A stretch of DNA of 63,213 bases, counting the filler, from Stramenopiles sp. TOSAG23-2 (Eukaryota), in the NCBI GenBank assembly GCA_900128395.1. It is 6 parts of 6 records of this genome, joined end to end, with 100 filler letters (N's around TTAATTAATTAA, not from the genome) between each part and the next. Parts side by side here need not be neighbours in the genome. Positions count along the whole stretch, not along the records: positions 1 to 28,198 come from LT649405.1; positions 28,299 to 56,430 come from LT649406.1; 4 more parts are not named here. The stretch is one strand, 5' to 3'. Below the pieces are notes generated by a model. It saw only the letters and a program-made list of their open reading frames with translations. It had not been told where the DNA came from and did no database searches. This document shows positions 19,684 through 31,883 of the stretch, piece by piece; positions within the stretch are counted from its first letter, which is position 1; every line of letters starts with the position of its first letter. The translations under genes were made by a program, and so were the position numbers.

Positions 19684-22548
19684 TTATGAAAAATACCACA
19701 CACACACACACACACACACACTCCCCCCCCCCCCTTTTTTTTTTCTTACTGATGGATCTTTTAAAAAACCATTTGTACTACTACTACCACTGCGTTCAAT
19801 TAATATTTTAAAAATCGTAATACCGTCATTTTTACGATAATTATCTTTGATATCTTTTATCAATTGATCAACATGTGGATTATCTAATATAGATCCATTG
19901 TTATTATCACTAGTATTGTAATCTTGACCATCATCATATCCTTTGATAAACGATGGTTGAGAAAAGAAATAAAATAAAATGTCCAATTTTTTGAAATATG
20001 ATTTTACACTTTTCATACCTGATTTAAATGCTGGTCCTTCCGCATGTTCTAATTGCTTTGATATCATTGTCACATATGTCTTCAAATCGTATTCCATACC
20101 AAATTGTAACATTTCATTTTCACATGTAAAATATTTTTGATTATTATTGCTACTGCTACTAACAACACGAGATTTTTTATTATTGTTTTTCTTTTTTTTA
20201 CTATTGTTTCTGTTACTTGGTAATTTGCCAGTTTCAATATTATAATAATCATCTAAGCTGTGGAATATATTTAAACTATTTCCTTCGTTATTTGTATAAT
20301 TCGAGTTGTATTCATTTACATTGATATATAAAATATGTAAATGATAAATATCAATAATTTCTTCGATTACCCCTAATAAAATGAAGGAACGATATAATTT
20401 ATTTGGTACCCATTCCCATAAATCAAGCAATAAATCGCTGCAACCTTCGCATAACATCTCTGCAGCATTTTCTTCTTGATTGTACCAATTGTATGTATAC
20501 AAGCATTTAAATATTTTCTTCCCATCTTCTAAATATGTATCAATAATTTTACGTACAATTCTTCTTCCTATTTTATTTGCAATATCTTTTGTATATTTAT
20601 ATATCATCACATTCAAATCATCGCGGCAATTTTCAACATATTCAAATGATTCTTGTTTTTCTTTTTCAATAAATTCATTATCACGCATATTACTATTATT
20701 ATTATTATTATTATTATTACTTTCCATCTCTTCTTCTAAATTATCGACGAAGTTCAAACAATTGTCAATCAATTTATCATTATCATTGATGTAGGCACAC
20801 ATAGTTGATATTAACACAGCATTTGCATCATGCCAATTTTCAACTAAATATTCAAATTGAATATGACCATATCGCGTCAATTGTATAAAACAAACTGAGG
20901 AAACACGATTGATATCTATCGAATGTAATTTTGCATTATGGCATACATCAATTTGATGATGCATGAAAAATAAAATATCTTGTGGCTCTTTTGTATATAC
21001 TGCACCATCATCATTTAACAAACGTGTTTTTGAACTTTCAGTCCATAATTTACTAGCTACGTTTGTTATAAATGCATCCATTTGATTTCGAATAGATGAT
21101 TTATGCTGAGAAATTAATTTATTTAATACTTCATCGATTAAACTAAGTTCCTTTAATTTATCTTTATTATTATCAATAGTAGTAGCATTATTGCTAGTAT
21201 TCATACTCGTCGTATCGGTAATGTTCTCACCACTATTGTTACTATCAGTATCTTTTGTATTTCTTATTATTAATAAACTTTCAATCTCATATATTTTATA
21301 TTTAAAATATCGTAAACGATCAATTAATTTCATAATATTTAATAAACTAAATTCTTTGATATTTTCAACAATATTTGTACGCAAAAATAACTTATCGTAT
21401 TCTTTGCAATAAATATTTAAACACAAATGATATATATCAAAGGTAGGTGGAAAACATGGCGTAACATTTTTATAAACATCTACTAAATCATTTTTTAACA
21501 TTTCTAATTGCAAGATAAGAATTTCATTTGCATCAACTGTTATTGGTAAAGAGTTATTATTGCTATTATCATCATCGCTTTTTGCAATACTGTTATGTTC
21601 TTGTTCTTGTTCTTCTTCTTCCTCCTCATCTTCTGCATTTTCAAATTCTAATTGCTCTTTTAATTTTGCATGTATTAATTTTCTTGCATTATGAAAACGT
21701 TTGATAATACCTTCTTTAATATACAAATGTATTATATTAGTTTGTCTTATATTATAATTATTATTATTGTTATTATCATGATTTCCAACATATAAAAATT
21801 GTAACGTTTGCAATGCACGAATTAATATACTTGGTTTTTTATTACTTAAATAAATGTAATTGGTTAAAATACTATTTACATTTGTTTGAATAATTGTTTC
21901 CACATTTATAATTGGATCTACATTATCATTTGAAAATCGTTTTACCATTAATTCCCATATATTCGTTTTAACAGGGATAATATCTTGAATCGATTTTTTC
22001 ATTTTATTTAATTCACCAATAGCACCTAATAAATTATGTTGATCTTTTGTTATATATTGCAAAATTTTACTACAGTTGATTTGTACATTTTCATATAAAT
22101 TAATGTATATTTGAAAATTTGCAATATTATCATTTGCATATGTTAAAGGTTTTAATAAGTTAATATTAATTACTTTTTCTTTAAATTCATTTGATAGTTG
22201 ATGTAATATGATGGCATCTTGTTTCATATTTGGTAATAAGTGTTTTGTTGGATTTTTATTTTCTAACAATTCAATTGCAGTTGATATATCATACGAAGTA
22301 GTTCGTGCGACAGCATCAATTTTATTATCGACGTGTCGTAATTTATTTTCATAATGCTTTTGTAACGCAGTTAATTTTTGATGTAATAATGTTGTAGTTT
22401 TATTATTATTGTTTCTTCCATTACTACTATTATTATTATTATTATCATTATTATTATTAATATTATTTTGTATTGGTATGTATTGTATATCTTTTGAAAG
22501 TAATTGTACCGCACGTCGTTGTGCAGTATTTTTTAATTGATCTTCCAT
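19684..22548 (-). CDS. SEC6: Exocyst complex component Sec6/EXOC3
   Basis: Long helical-rod protein with DLVDVYKNVTPCFPPTFDIY and MCAYIND motifs; the last residues run into G-run and GT microsatellite sequence and are unreliable. Confidence 0.75.
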   Translation of the reverse strand: MEDQLKNTAQRRAVQLLSKDIQYIPIQNNINNNNDNNNNNSSNGRNNNNKTTTLLHQKLTALQKHYENKLRHVDNKIDAVARTTSYDISTAIELLENKNPTKHLLPNMKQDAIILHQLSNEFKEKVININLLKPLTYANDNIANFQIYINLYENVQINCSKILQYITKDQHNLLGAIGELNKMKKSIQDIIPVKTNIWELMVKRFSNDNVDPIINVETIIQTNVNSILTNYIYLSNKKPSILIRALQTLQFLYVGNHDNNNNNNYNIRQTNIIHLYIKEGIIKRFHNARKLIHAKLKEQLEFENAEDEEEEEEQEQEHNSIAKSDDDNSNNNSLPITVDANEILILQLEMLKNDLVDVYKNVTPCFPPTFDIYHLCLNIYCKEYDKLFLRTNIVENIKEFSLLNIMKLIDRLRYFKYKIYEIESLLIIRNTKDTDSNNSGENITDTTSMNTSNNATTIDNNKDKLKELSLIDEVLNKLISQHKSSIRNQMDAFITNVASKLWTESSKTRLLNDDGAVYTKEPQDILFFMHHQIDVCHNAKLHSIDINRVSSVCFIQLTRYGHIQFEYLVENWHDANAVLISTMCAYINDNDKLIDNCLNFVDNLEEEMESNNNNNNNNSNMRDNEFIEKEKQESFEYVENCRDDLNVMIYKYTKDIANKIGRRIVRKIIDTYLEDGKKIFKCLYTYNWYNQEENAAEMLCEGCSDLLLDLWEWVPNKLYRSFILLGVIEEIIDIYHLHILYINVNEYNSNYTNNEGNSLNIFHSLDDYYNIETGKLPSNRNNSKKKKNNNKKSRVVSSSSNNNQKYFTCENEMLQFGMEYDLKTYVTMISKQLEHAEGPAFKSGMKSVKSYFKKLDILFYFFSQPSFIKGYDDGQDYNTSDNNNGSILDNPHVDQLIKDIKDNYRKNDGITIFKILIERSGSSSTNGFLKDPSVRKKKGGGGSVCVCVCVWYFS

Positions 22549-23180
22549 GTTCTATAATATCAATCTCTCTCTCTCTCTCTATCTATATATATGTTTTTTG
22601 AATCCTAACTTTACTAGCAATACATATATCGTTTTGCAAACGTGATGTAGAGGATCAATTTATATATATATATATATAAATTCACAATAGCAACAATATA
22701 TCTCGACGAATGACTTCTTTTTAAACATCTTTCTTGTTTCCCATTTATTCCATTTATTTGATGGCATTAATTTTGTATTAATATAAATATCCGCATATCA
22801 AGGATTTATCAGGAATGAACTTTTACCATCTTTCTTGTTTCCCATTTATTCCATTTATTTGATGGCATTAATTTTGTATAAATATCCGCATAGCGAAAGG
22901 ATTTACAATATCAGGAATGAACTTTTAATTTATTACATGTTGTTGTGGTGTGCATGTAGTAGTGATGGAATAGATAGAAAGGTAGACGGGCGGATAGAAC
23001 GGAATAGTAGACATTGTTGTTTATCATTTTATTTATTTAGTGCTTTATATTATTTTTTACATTTTTTATAGGTTTCACGTTCTTTATTACATTTTTTACA
23101 GGTTTCATATTTTTTACAGGTTTCATACCCTGTTTATCAATTTGTTTTTTAGGAACTATATATTAGGATCTAGATTTACG

Positions 23181-23918
23181 ATGTCGTCAGATATACCATA
23201 TGCATATGCTGCACCAGCGGTTGTATATGGAATCGTAGTGGAAGATCCAAGAGCAGCGATATTAGTACGCCGTGTATTAAATTTATCTATTGTTATGGGG
23301 ATTTTGGGAATCGTTTCAGTCATTATACGAACAAGTATGCCACATCCACAGTTGGGAAATAACAATTATAGTGGTGATGAACAAAACTTGGGATCGGGAA
23401 TATTTTATGTGTGTTGTGCATTACTTGTTCCTTGTTGTGGTTATTTTGGTGCAAAACAACGTGACCGAGGTCTCTTAACAATGTTTTGGATCTGTAATTG
23501 TATTGGAAGCTGTTGCTCAGCTTTTGGAGTTTTTGGCTTCATAATAGGCAGTTATATAATCAAAGGAGCTACTAATTGTGCTTGTAAGGACTCGAACATG
23601 GGAGGGAACTCAACAACGACAGACAAGCTAATATTTTTTAGTCCAGTAACGGGAGATTGTTTTATGGCTGACGACAGAACCAGTTACACATGCAAGGACA
23701 TGCACGATTACAACAATATGGTTACATTTATTACCATTGTATATCTTATTAACACGTTGTTAGGATGCGCCGGTTGTATCTATGGCAGAGAATTGACACA
23801 ACAAAGAACATTTGTTGAAATGAGAACTGAATATACAGCTACACCAATTGGTACAATGGAAGCAAACGATGTACAAAAAAACGGTGGTGTGACTACTGAT
23901 TATGCAGAGTTAAAATAA
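23181..23918 (+). CDS. Four-TM Cys-rich membrane protein, paralogue 1
   Basis: Four hydrophobic segments, LLVPCCGYFGAK motif, Cys-containing loop; ATG at 23181 is shared with paralogue 2. Confidence 0.8.
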   Translation: MSSDIPYAYAAPAVVYGIVVEDPRAAILVRRVLNLSIVMGILGIVSVIIRTSMPHPQLGNNNYSGDEQNLGSGIFYVCCALLVPCCGYFGAKQRDRGLLTMFWICNCIGSCCSAFGVFGFIIGSYIIKGATNCACKDSNMGGNSTTTDKLIFFSPVTGDCFMADDRTSYTCKDMHDYNNMVTFITIVYLINTLLGCAGCIYGRELTQQRTFVEMRTEYTATPIGTMEANDVQKNGGVTTDYAELK

Positions 23919-24059
23919 ACAAAAATTTTGTACACGAACACATAATCTCACACAACATATACGTATTTATTTTTTTTTATTATATTTACGAACATGGATG
24001 GACAGAAACCTACTCATGCTTGAAGAGTATTACAGGTAGTTTGCAGACGTGAATGTTGT

Positions 24060-24285
24060 AGTTTTATTATTATTGTTTCTTCCATTATGATACTATTATT
24101 TTTATTATTATCATTATTATTATTAATATTTTTTGTATTGGTACTGTATGTACGAAGTATTGTAGTATATCTTTTGAAAGTAATTGTACCGCACGCAGTT
24201 CGCACATTTATTCCATTTATTTGATGGCATTAATTTTGTATAAATATCCGCATATCAAGGATTTATCAGGAATGAACTTTTTCTT
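24060..24285. pseudogene. Diverged duplicate of the Sec6 5' end plus shared upstream sequence
   Basis: 24060-24196 aligns by eye to 22395-22516 (ATATCTTTTGAAAGTAATTGTACCGCACG is identical); 24206-24282 matches 22742-22823. Confidence 0.8.
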
Positions 24286-24331
24286 TCATAAATTTTTTTG
24301 CACCTTTTATCGCTAATACTATTTAATTATA

Positions 24332-25018
24332 CTGGGTGGCATGGCTCAAACAACAGTTGGATTTTTGCAATATTTATAGTTTTAGTGTTATGTCCTTACT
24401 AAAGTAAAAATGATTTATTTATTTGTTATTTTTGTACACTTTTTTATAGAATATTTTTGTACTAAATTGATAGTAAAAATCCAATATTTTTTTGGATAGA
24501 ATTTTCCTATATAAAAGTATATTATTTTATGTGATAAGTAAGAGAAAATTAAGTTGCAAAGGGTTTTTTCGTGTGTTTTGGTGTTAAAGTGATACTTTTA
24601 TTAGGATTGAAATAGCAGGTAAATTTTGTGATTTTGATGGAGACAAAAGTTAAAATTGTTTGTGTTTTCGCTACATTTTGTGTTTGAGCAAGTATTTTTA
24701 CTAACAATTTGCTTCTACAATGGACACAGCAGGGCTTAAAAAATGTGCAAGAAAAGTCTAAAAAATCACCGGTGGAACAAATTGCCATGGCTATTTTTTT
24801 CACTAAGATTTGCAACAACAAAAAATTGTGAAAGATGTATCTTTTGGAAAGGCTCAATTTTCTCTATGTCTAAAAAACACTTTTCTTAAAGGTAAAATAT
24901 CTGGGAGCCTGCACAAACACATTAGGAAAAAGTAAAAAAAATTTTGGGACCAAAATATTTTTTCTAGGCAGAGAAAAAAATTCCCGGATAAACGTGTTGT
25001 TTGAGCCATGCCACCCAG
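24332..25018. mobile_element. MITE, Tc1/mariner-type (687 bp)
   Basis: Perfect 24-bp TIR CTGGGTGGCATGGCTCAAACAACA (24332-24355 / 24995-25018) flanked by TA on both sides; non-coding interior. Confidence 0.92.
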
Positions 25019-25298
25019 TAGTTATAGAATAGTAATAAATGTAACCTTTAGTAAAACCTGGGGGGAAAGATAAAAATTTCCCTTGTAAAAATCCTGATAC
25101 ATGATAATTTCAGCATTTTTTTTTTTTTAATAAAATAATAAATTTTCAACATAAAATAAATAATCTATTTTAATTTACATGTAGTGTAAGTGATGGAATA
25201 GATAGAAAGGTAGACGGGCGGATAGAACGAAATAGTAGACATTGTTGTTTATCATTTATTTATTTTTTTATATATATATTATAGGATCTAGATTCACA

Positions 25299-26006
25299 AT
25301 GTCGTCAGATATACCATATGCATATGCTGCACCAGCGGTCGTATATGGAATCGTAGTGGAAGATCCAAGAGCAGCGATATTAGTACGCCGTGTATTAAAT
25401 TTATCTATTGTTATGGGGATTTTGGGAATCGTTTCAGTCATTATACAAACAAGTATGCCACATCCACAGTTGGGAAATAACGTTAGTTATAGTAATGAAC
25501 AAAACTTGGGATCGGGAATATTTTATGTGTGTTGTGCATTACTTGTTCCTTGTTGTGGTTATTTTGGTGCAAAACAACGTGACCGAGGTCTCTTAACAAT
25601 GTTTTGGATCTGTAATTGTATTGGAAGTTGTTGCTCAGTTTTTGGAGTTTTTGGCTTCCTAATGATCAGTTATATAGTCAAAGGAGCTACTAATTGTGCT
25701 TGTAAGGACTCGAACAAGCCATTTTTTAATCCAGGAACGGGAGATTGTTTTATGGCTGACGACAGAACCAGTTACACATGCAAGGACATGCATGATTACA
25801 ACAATATGGTTACATTTATTACCATTGTATATCTTATTAACACGTTGTTAGGATGCGCCGGTTGTATCTATGGCAGAGAATTGACACAACAAAGAACATT
25901 TGTTGAAATGAGAACTGAATATACAGCTACACCAATTGGTACAATGGAAGCAAACGATGTACAAAAAAACGGTGGTGTGACTACTGATTATGCAGAGTTA
26001 AAATAA
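25299..26006 (+). CDS. Four-TM Cys-rich membrane protein, paralogue 2
   Basis: Near-identical to 23181-23918, with substitutions and a 10-codon shorter loop. Confidence 0.8.
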   Translation: MSSDIPYAYAAPAVVYGIVVEDPRAAILVRRVLNLSIVMGILGIVSVIIQTSMPHPQLGNNVSYSNEQNLGSGIFYVCCALLVPCCGYFGAKQRDRGLLTMFWICNCIGSCCSVFGVFGFLMISYIVKGATNCACKDSNKPFFNPGTGDCFMADDRTSYTCKDMHDYNNMVTFITIVYLINTLLGCAGCIYGRELTQQRTFVEMRTEYTATPIGTMEANDVQKNGGVTTDYAELK

Positions 26007-26352
26007 ACAAAATTTTTGTACACGAACACATAATCTCACACAACATATACGTATTTATTTTTTTTTATTATATTTACGAACATGGATGGATGGGAGAGTA
26101 TTACAGGTAGTTTGCAGACGTGCATTAGAGCTTTTACTATTAGTAGAGAGAGAGAGGATTGAACATAATATATTATTCACGAGATAGAGTATCTTGAGCA
26201 TAGTTATTTACCACGGGAATTAAAATTATTGTATAAACTTAGATTTTCACCATCATTTTTTATATTTTTCATTTCATACTATAAGAGATGTTTTTTTTTT
26301 AATCCCTCTCTCTTACATCTACATCTCTGTTATATCTACATCTCTCTTACAT

Positions 26353-27723
26353 TCATTTATGAATATTATTATTTTCCATTTTTGTCATTTCAAAGACACA
26401 ACGTGCAAATTCTTGTAATGTTATATTACCTAATGGATGACTTGATGCAGCATTAGCTACTTTTCTTTCTAATAATTTTAACGATGGAAATATTAATGAT
26501 GCACTTAACGGTGACATTGGCGATGATGGAATCGATGAATTGGAATCTATATTATTATTTGCATGAAGATTATTTTCCATAATACTCATCTTTAAAATAG
26601 TATCTCGTAATAAATTAACAAATTTCTTTGCATTTACACGTTTATTTAATCTATTATTATTGTTATTAATAACAGATCCTGTTGGTTTACTACTATTCAT
26701 TGTATCATTTGTCTTGCTACTACTATTATCATTGTCAGTATCATTACTATTATCATTCTCATTTACACTTTTTAATGCATTATCACTATTATTATTATTA
26801 TCACTGGATGATAATGTAGAAAAACTACTAGGTAATTTACCACTACCATTTGCACTTGATAAATTTTTCATATCAATTTTATCTGATGCAAATGTACCAC
26901 GAATGTCTGGTGTATTCAATACACGTTGCATTTGATACCAACGATTTTCTATAGTTACATTATGCGGCGTTGCATTGGAAGATATTAAATCAGGACATTT
27001 ACCACCAATTTTTTCAATTGAAGATTTGGTATTATTTATACCACCACTACTATTACGTGATAATGAGGAAGGTGAACTAGTGTATACAATGTTATTATTA
27101 CCCTCTTCCTCCTCCGCTTCTCCATCATCAGACGGTCCACATTCAATACTAGCAAACTCAAAAACTTCTTCCGCAATTTCAAAAAATTCTTCATATAAAA
27201 GACATGCTTTCGTTGCCAATGCAAATTCTTCAAACGTAACAACATCAGCCGCGCGCCTACCAAGTCGTCGTAAAATATTCGAACTAACATCAGGTGGAAA
27301 ATCATGACATAATAATGTCAATAATTTTGACATTTCCTCACCCGTTGCACCTATTGAACCTTTTCTTCTTGATAAAGATTTATATGACATATATAAATTA
27401 TCCATAAAAACGTCATTATTACGCTCTGTTAGACGTATGTACCGATAACTACGGTGGAGATAGCTACTTCCTTGTGCACAATTTCTATAATATTCCGTGA
27501 TGAAATCAATTGGATCATGTGGCCTATTTTCTAAAACTAACGTCATAACATCTTTAAAATATGCGGATAAGCCATATTTATTCAAATATTCTTCTGGTGC
27601 ATGCCTGGAAGGGTCTTCAAATTCAGTAGAATGTTGTGCAGTAAATTCCCTCATTGCGGCAGTGCGATGGCTGATCCCACCACTACTCTTAGGTCGTTGA
27701 CGATGTGAATATCCACGGTCCAT
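26353..27723 (-). CDS. Tubulin polyglutamylase complex subunit, TPGS1/CSTPP1 (C11orf49)-like
   Basis: RIIa/Dpy-30-like EYLNKYGLSAYFKDVMTLVLENRPHDPIDFITEYY followed by LLTLLCHDFP and VTFEEF. Confidence 0.7.
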   Translation of the reverse strand: MDRGYSHRQRPKSSGGISHRTAAMREFTAQHSTEFEDPSRHAPEEYLNKYGLSAYFKDVMTLVLENRPHDPIDFITEYYRNCAQGSSYLHRSYRYIRLTERNNDVFMDNLYMSYKSLSRRKGSIGATGEEMSKLLTLLCHDFPPDVSSNILRRLGRRAADVVTFEEFALATKACLLYEEFFEIAEEVFEFASIECGPSDDGEAEEEEGNNNIVYTSSPSSLSRNSSGGINNTKSSIEKIGGKCPDLISSNATPHNVTIENRWYQMQRVLNTPDIRGTFASDKIDMKNLSSANGSGKLPSSFSTLSSSDNNNNSDNALKSVNENDNSNDTDNDNSSSKTNDTMNSSKPTGSVINNNNNRLNKRVNAKKFVNLLRDTILKMSIMENNLHANNNIDSNSSIPSSPMSPLSASLIFPSLKLLERKVANAASSHPLGNITLQEFARCVFEMTKMENNNIHK

Positions 27724-28198
27724 GGTTTATTTATTAATAATATTGAATAATATTTTGTTAAATGTAAATATTGTTCTACGTCTATGTGTAGATGCATTAA
27801 CATATTTTGTATATATACTGGTATATTTTTAAATTTATATAAAATCATAAATCAAAATTTAAATTAAAATTATTATTATTTATTAAAAATTGGTAACTAA
27901 AGCTATACTTATTAGAATACTCTATTATGTTTTTTTCTTTCTCTTGATTTTTTACTAAAATGGACTAAAGCTAAACTTATATAGAACTCCCAGAACTCTA
28001 TTTTACACATTTCTGTCTTGATTTTTGCGGAAGGTTTGGATCCGTCTTCATTCTACTAAACCTTGTAACCTTGTAAATGAGAAGGATTATTGTGCATTTC
28101 AAAATGGTGCTTAATTTAAGTACTAATTTAGTGTACTAATTTATGTATATTTGATAGAGAGGTATTGGATATTACAAAAAATCGGATATTCTTAGTTT

Positions 28199-28298
28199 NN
28201 NNNNNNNNNNNNNNNNNNNNNNNNNNNNNNNNNNNNNNNNNNTTAATTAATTAANNNNNNNNNNNNNNNNNNNNNNNNNNNNNNNNNNNNNNNNNNNN
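28199..28298. other. Artificial contig spacer
   Basis: N44-TTAATTAATTAA-N44 (six-frame stop linker). Confidence 0.98.
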
Positions 28299-28520
28299 TT
28301 CTCTACGCTTTTGTTTCATTTGATCTGGTGATAAGACTATGTATGGTGTACGCAGTGGCTGTATCCCCAATTATACAAACAGCGGTTTGAGTAAAAAATT
28401 TTAAAATGTTTTATTTTATCAGAAAAGATTAGAAGAAGAAGAAACATTATTTAAATTAAAAAATTACTCTTCTTTTTTCGTAAAACACACTAAAACACAC
28501 AACAGAAAAATATTTGTATA

Positions 28521-29393
28521 CTATGAAGAACTGACCATTGATTTATATTTTGGCATACTATCCATACCATTTTTACCTAATATATCATATTGTAATTCTT
28601 TTAAATCATGTTCAAATAATTCTTCAAAATATATATTTATTAATAATTTCGATTTTTTTGCATTTGCAGTTGACCATAAGATATATTGACGTATAAAATG
28701 TTTTTCTTTCGCATCTGTTACACGTAATGGACCAAATAAAGCTGATAAAGTTGTCATTGGTAAATTTGTTTGCCCCATTTCAAACCATTTTAATGCAATT
28801 TCACCACATACATTTGGTGGTAATTCTAATATAACATGTGCGAAATCATGAATTTCACGATATCTTGTTATTACATATGCTAAATTATCATCATTTATAT
28901 ATTTCACTTGAGGCCTATCGTCGGGATCAAATCCATGTATTTCTAAGAATTTGCCATATTTGTATCCAAACGTATTAACATTTAAATCTAATAGTTGTTT
29001 CACGTCAATATTTTCTTGATTTACACGTGGTTTATTTTTTAATATTAATTTTCCAGTTTCATTTTCATTCATTTGTGTATACATTTTTTGTAATTGTAAT
29101 TTACCAGTAGTTTCACCTAACGTTGCAATTAGATCTGCACGTGTTGGATCTCTCAACGCACCTATAGCTGAATTTGTTGCTAGTAATAAACGCTGCAACC
29201 CAGTGGTTTTGATTAGACGACGTGTACTGAAAAAATATTTTGTATGTGGTTGACAATAATATGGTGGTACAAAATATTGCTTATTAGACGAAAATGAAGC
29301 ATTTACATTAAAAACGCATGTATTTAATACAACATGTTGTTGGGTTTTATGAAAATATTTGTTCAATAGTTGGATTTTCTTATACCTAAACAT
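28521..29393 (-). CDS. COQ4: Ubiquinone biosynthesis protein COQ4, mitochondrial
   Basis: ALRDPTRADLIATLGETTG, YVITRYREIHDFAH (HDxxH), GEIALKWFE..QTNLPM; basic presequence. Confidence 0.96.
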   Translation of the reverse strand: MFRYKKIQLLNKYFHKTQQHVVLNTCVFNVNASFSSNKQYFVPPYYCQPHTKYFFSTRRLIKTTGLQRLLLATNSAIGALRDPTRADLIATLGETTGKLQLQKMYTQMNENETGKLILKNKPRVNQENIDVKQLLDLNVNTFGYKYGKFLEIHGFDPDDRPQVKYINDDNLAYVITRYREIHDFAHVILELPPNVCGEIALKWFEMGQTNLPMTTLSALFGPLRVTDAKEKHFIRQYILWSTANAKKSKLLINIYFEELFEHDLKELQYDILGKNGMDSMPKYKSMVSSS

Positions 29394-29688
29394 GATTATA
29401 TATATTCTTTATTTTGTTCTTGTTGTTTGTATTTTGCTGAATATGATATAATTCTAAAGTTCTACTTTTTTTATTAGATATTAATTTGTATCTCTACACC
29501 TCTCTGGCTCTCGCTGCCTATATATATACTACTTATAGCTTTATTAATAAATAATCATCATCAGTTTTTATATAAGTTCGTAGAACATAAACTAATAACA
29601 AATATATAAACATACCTAGGTAATGTAGCTCTAGTAAATATGAGAACAACAATAATATACATACATATAAGAGGAACGATCAAAATCA

Positions 29689-31883
29689 ATGGAGTTTACG
29701 ATTGTAAATAATACTACGAATGAAAGTTCAAAACAAGTTCATTACAATAACGATTACAATAAATTAATTGATATATTTAATAATAATAGTATATCGAAAA
29801 AGCAAATTGAAAAAATATATTTAGAATCTGGTAATAATTTTGAAAATTCATTAGAACAATTATTAGATATATCGTCTAAATTGGCATTGGTGAAGAGTGA
29901 AATTGATAAGGACAAAAACAACAAAGATAATACAACTAATTTAAAACAAGCGATAAATACAAATGAAGAAAAAGATGACAGTGTTTTCATGAGAAATAAT
30001 ATATCGTCCTCCGTGTTAAACAGTGATAATAATAATGTAAGAAAGAAAAAGAAAAAAAAGAAAAAAAAGAAGAAAACAAATTCAAATCCACGTTATATGA
30101 GAATTAATTCCCCGGAACGAGCCAAACAGCGTACACCATACATAGTCTTATCACCAGATCAAATGAAACAAAAGCGTAGAGAAGAACAATTAAAGCAACT
30201 AGAAATAAAACGGTTGGAAGAAGTTGAACGTAAACGTAAAGAAGATGAAGATGCATTAGCAAGTGCATTAGCTGAGTTAACAAAGGATGAAGGTAATTTA
30301 ATAGTATTATCAGAAGTTTTTCCTGATATTCCAATACGTGTATTAAAATCATTATTAAGACATTGTGATGGTAATGTTGATAAAACAATGGAACGTATTA
30401 TTACTATGTTTGAAGATGGTGTGTTTAATAATCATTCGAATTTAATTGTGAACAATGACAATAACAATTCTGTAGATACAAAGACAAATGCATTGGATTT
30501 ATTTGCTCCAGAAGAAGAAGAAGAAGAGGAGGAGGAGGGTGATGAATCACCTAGTAATAATATTAATCGACAAAAATATAAACAGGTCAAACATGCAACT
30601 AGACAAAAAATTTCACCTAAATTAAAACGTATATGTAAATGTTTCCCAGATGCACATCCATTTTTTGTACATAGTTTATTAAAAAATTTTAATAATAATA
30701 TATTGGATGTAGAAGACGGCTTGAAAGCATTCAATTTTAAAAAAGTACACGATGATCCAGTAAAAATATTCAAGAAAAATAAAGCAAATGTTGTTAATAC
30801 ACGATTAAGTAAACGATTGGAAAAAATTAAAGTTGGAAAATTTCATAATAAAAATTATAATAATAGCACGATGATCCAGTAAAAATATTCAAGAAAAATA
30901 AAGCAAATGTTGTTAATACACGATTAAGTAAACGATTGGAAAAAATTAAAGTTGGAAAATTTCATAATAAAAATTATAATAATAGTAGTAATAATAATCA
31001 TCAGACCATGTCATTTCGTGATACATTAGTAAAAGGTGGAGGTGGTATTGTTATTAATAGTGGTAAGAAGAAGAAGAAGAAGATATCTCCCATCACCAAT
31101 GCTTTAAATGATAAATTAAAACAAATAGATAATAACACTGAAACAAATCATCATCATCATCATCATAATAATAATGATGATATATTATTAACAAATTTAG
31201 ATGGTGGATTTACTATAGTTAAAAATAAAAAGAAAAATAGACGAGATAAACAAGTATCAAATACTGCAAGCAATAATGATGGAATGGAACAAGTGCAAAG
31301 TAAAAATAAACACAATTGGTTGTATGCACGCGCAATGATGTTGTCGAAATTTCAAAAAGCTGCAAGTATTTATAAAAGTAATCCAGCAAGAGCACGTATG
31401 TTGGCAGATGAAGGTGAACAATATCGTTTTATGGCATTACAATATCGTATCGAAGAAGCGGATAGAATATTTTATGAAAATAACAATGAATTGTTTCAAT
31501 TAAATAAAAATCATTTAGCAACTTATATTAAAGAACCACCAGTAACTAAAATCAATTCAGGGGCAAATATTACTCCAATACAAATTGATTTACATGGTTT
31601 GCATGTAACAGAAGGTATATATCAAGTGAAATGTGCTATTGAAATGTGCGAAGAACATGCAGCTGCATCAACTCAAATTATTTGTAGTAGTTCAAGTAAA
31701 AGAAAAAATAAATACACACAAAAATTAATTATTGTTACAGGACATGGTGAAAATAGAAATAATAAACCATTAACCAATACACCATCACGTAGTGGTAAAT
31801 TGTATAAAAATGTACGTCAATTTTTAAAACGAAAAGGAATGAACTTTGTTGAACAAAAAGGGAGTTTTGAAGTGTTGATGTGA
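29689..31883 (+). CDS. CUE-domain / DUF1771 / Smr endonuclease (Cue2/N4BP2-like), split by a 119-bp duplication
   Basis: CUE-like LSEVFPDIP..LLRHCDGNVDKT and KCFPDA; ADRIFYENN; Smr motifs IDLHGLHVTEG and IIVTGHG. Removing 30867-30985 joins the two ORFs in frame (~691 aa). Confidence 0.85.

Noticed and set aside
19684-19745. Sec6 C-terminal KKKGGGGSVCVCVCV as a Cys motif
   Set aside because: Translation of A-run, G-run and GT microsatellite sequence; probably read-through after a homopolymer slip.
28199-28298. Recurrent TTAATTAATTAA palindrome as a biological site
   Set aside because: Identical N-flanked linker at all five joins; an artificial six-frame stop spacer.
29689-31883. Split CUE-Smr (and likewise NEK) ORFs as pseudogenes or programmed frameshifts
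   Set aside because: Breaks coincide with exact tandem duplications whose removal restores the frame; an assembly artefact is more parsimonious.
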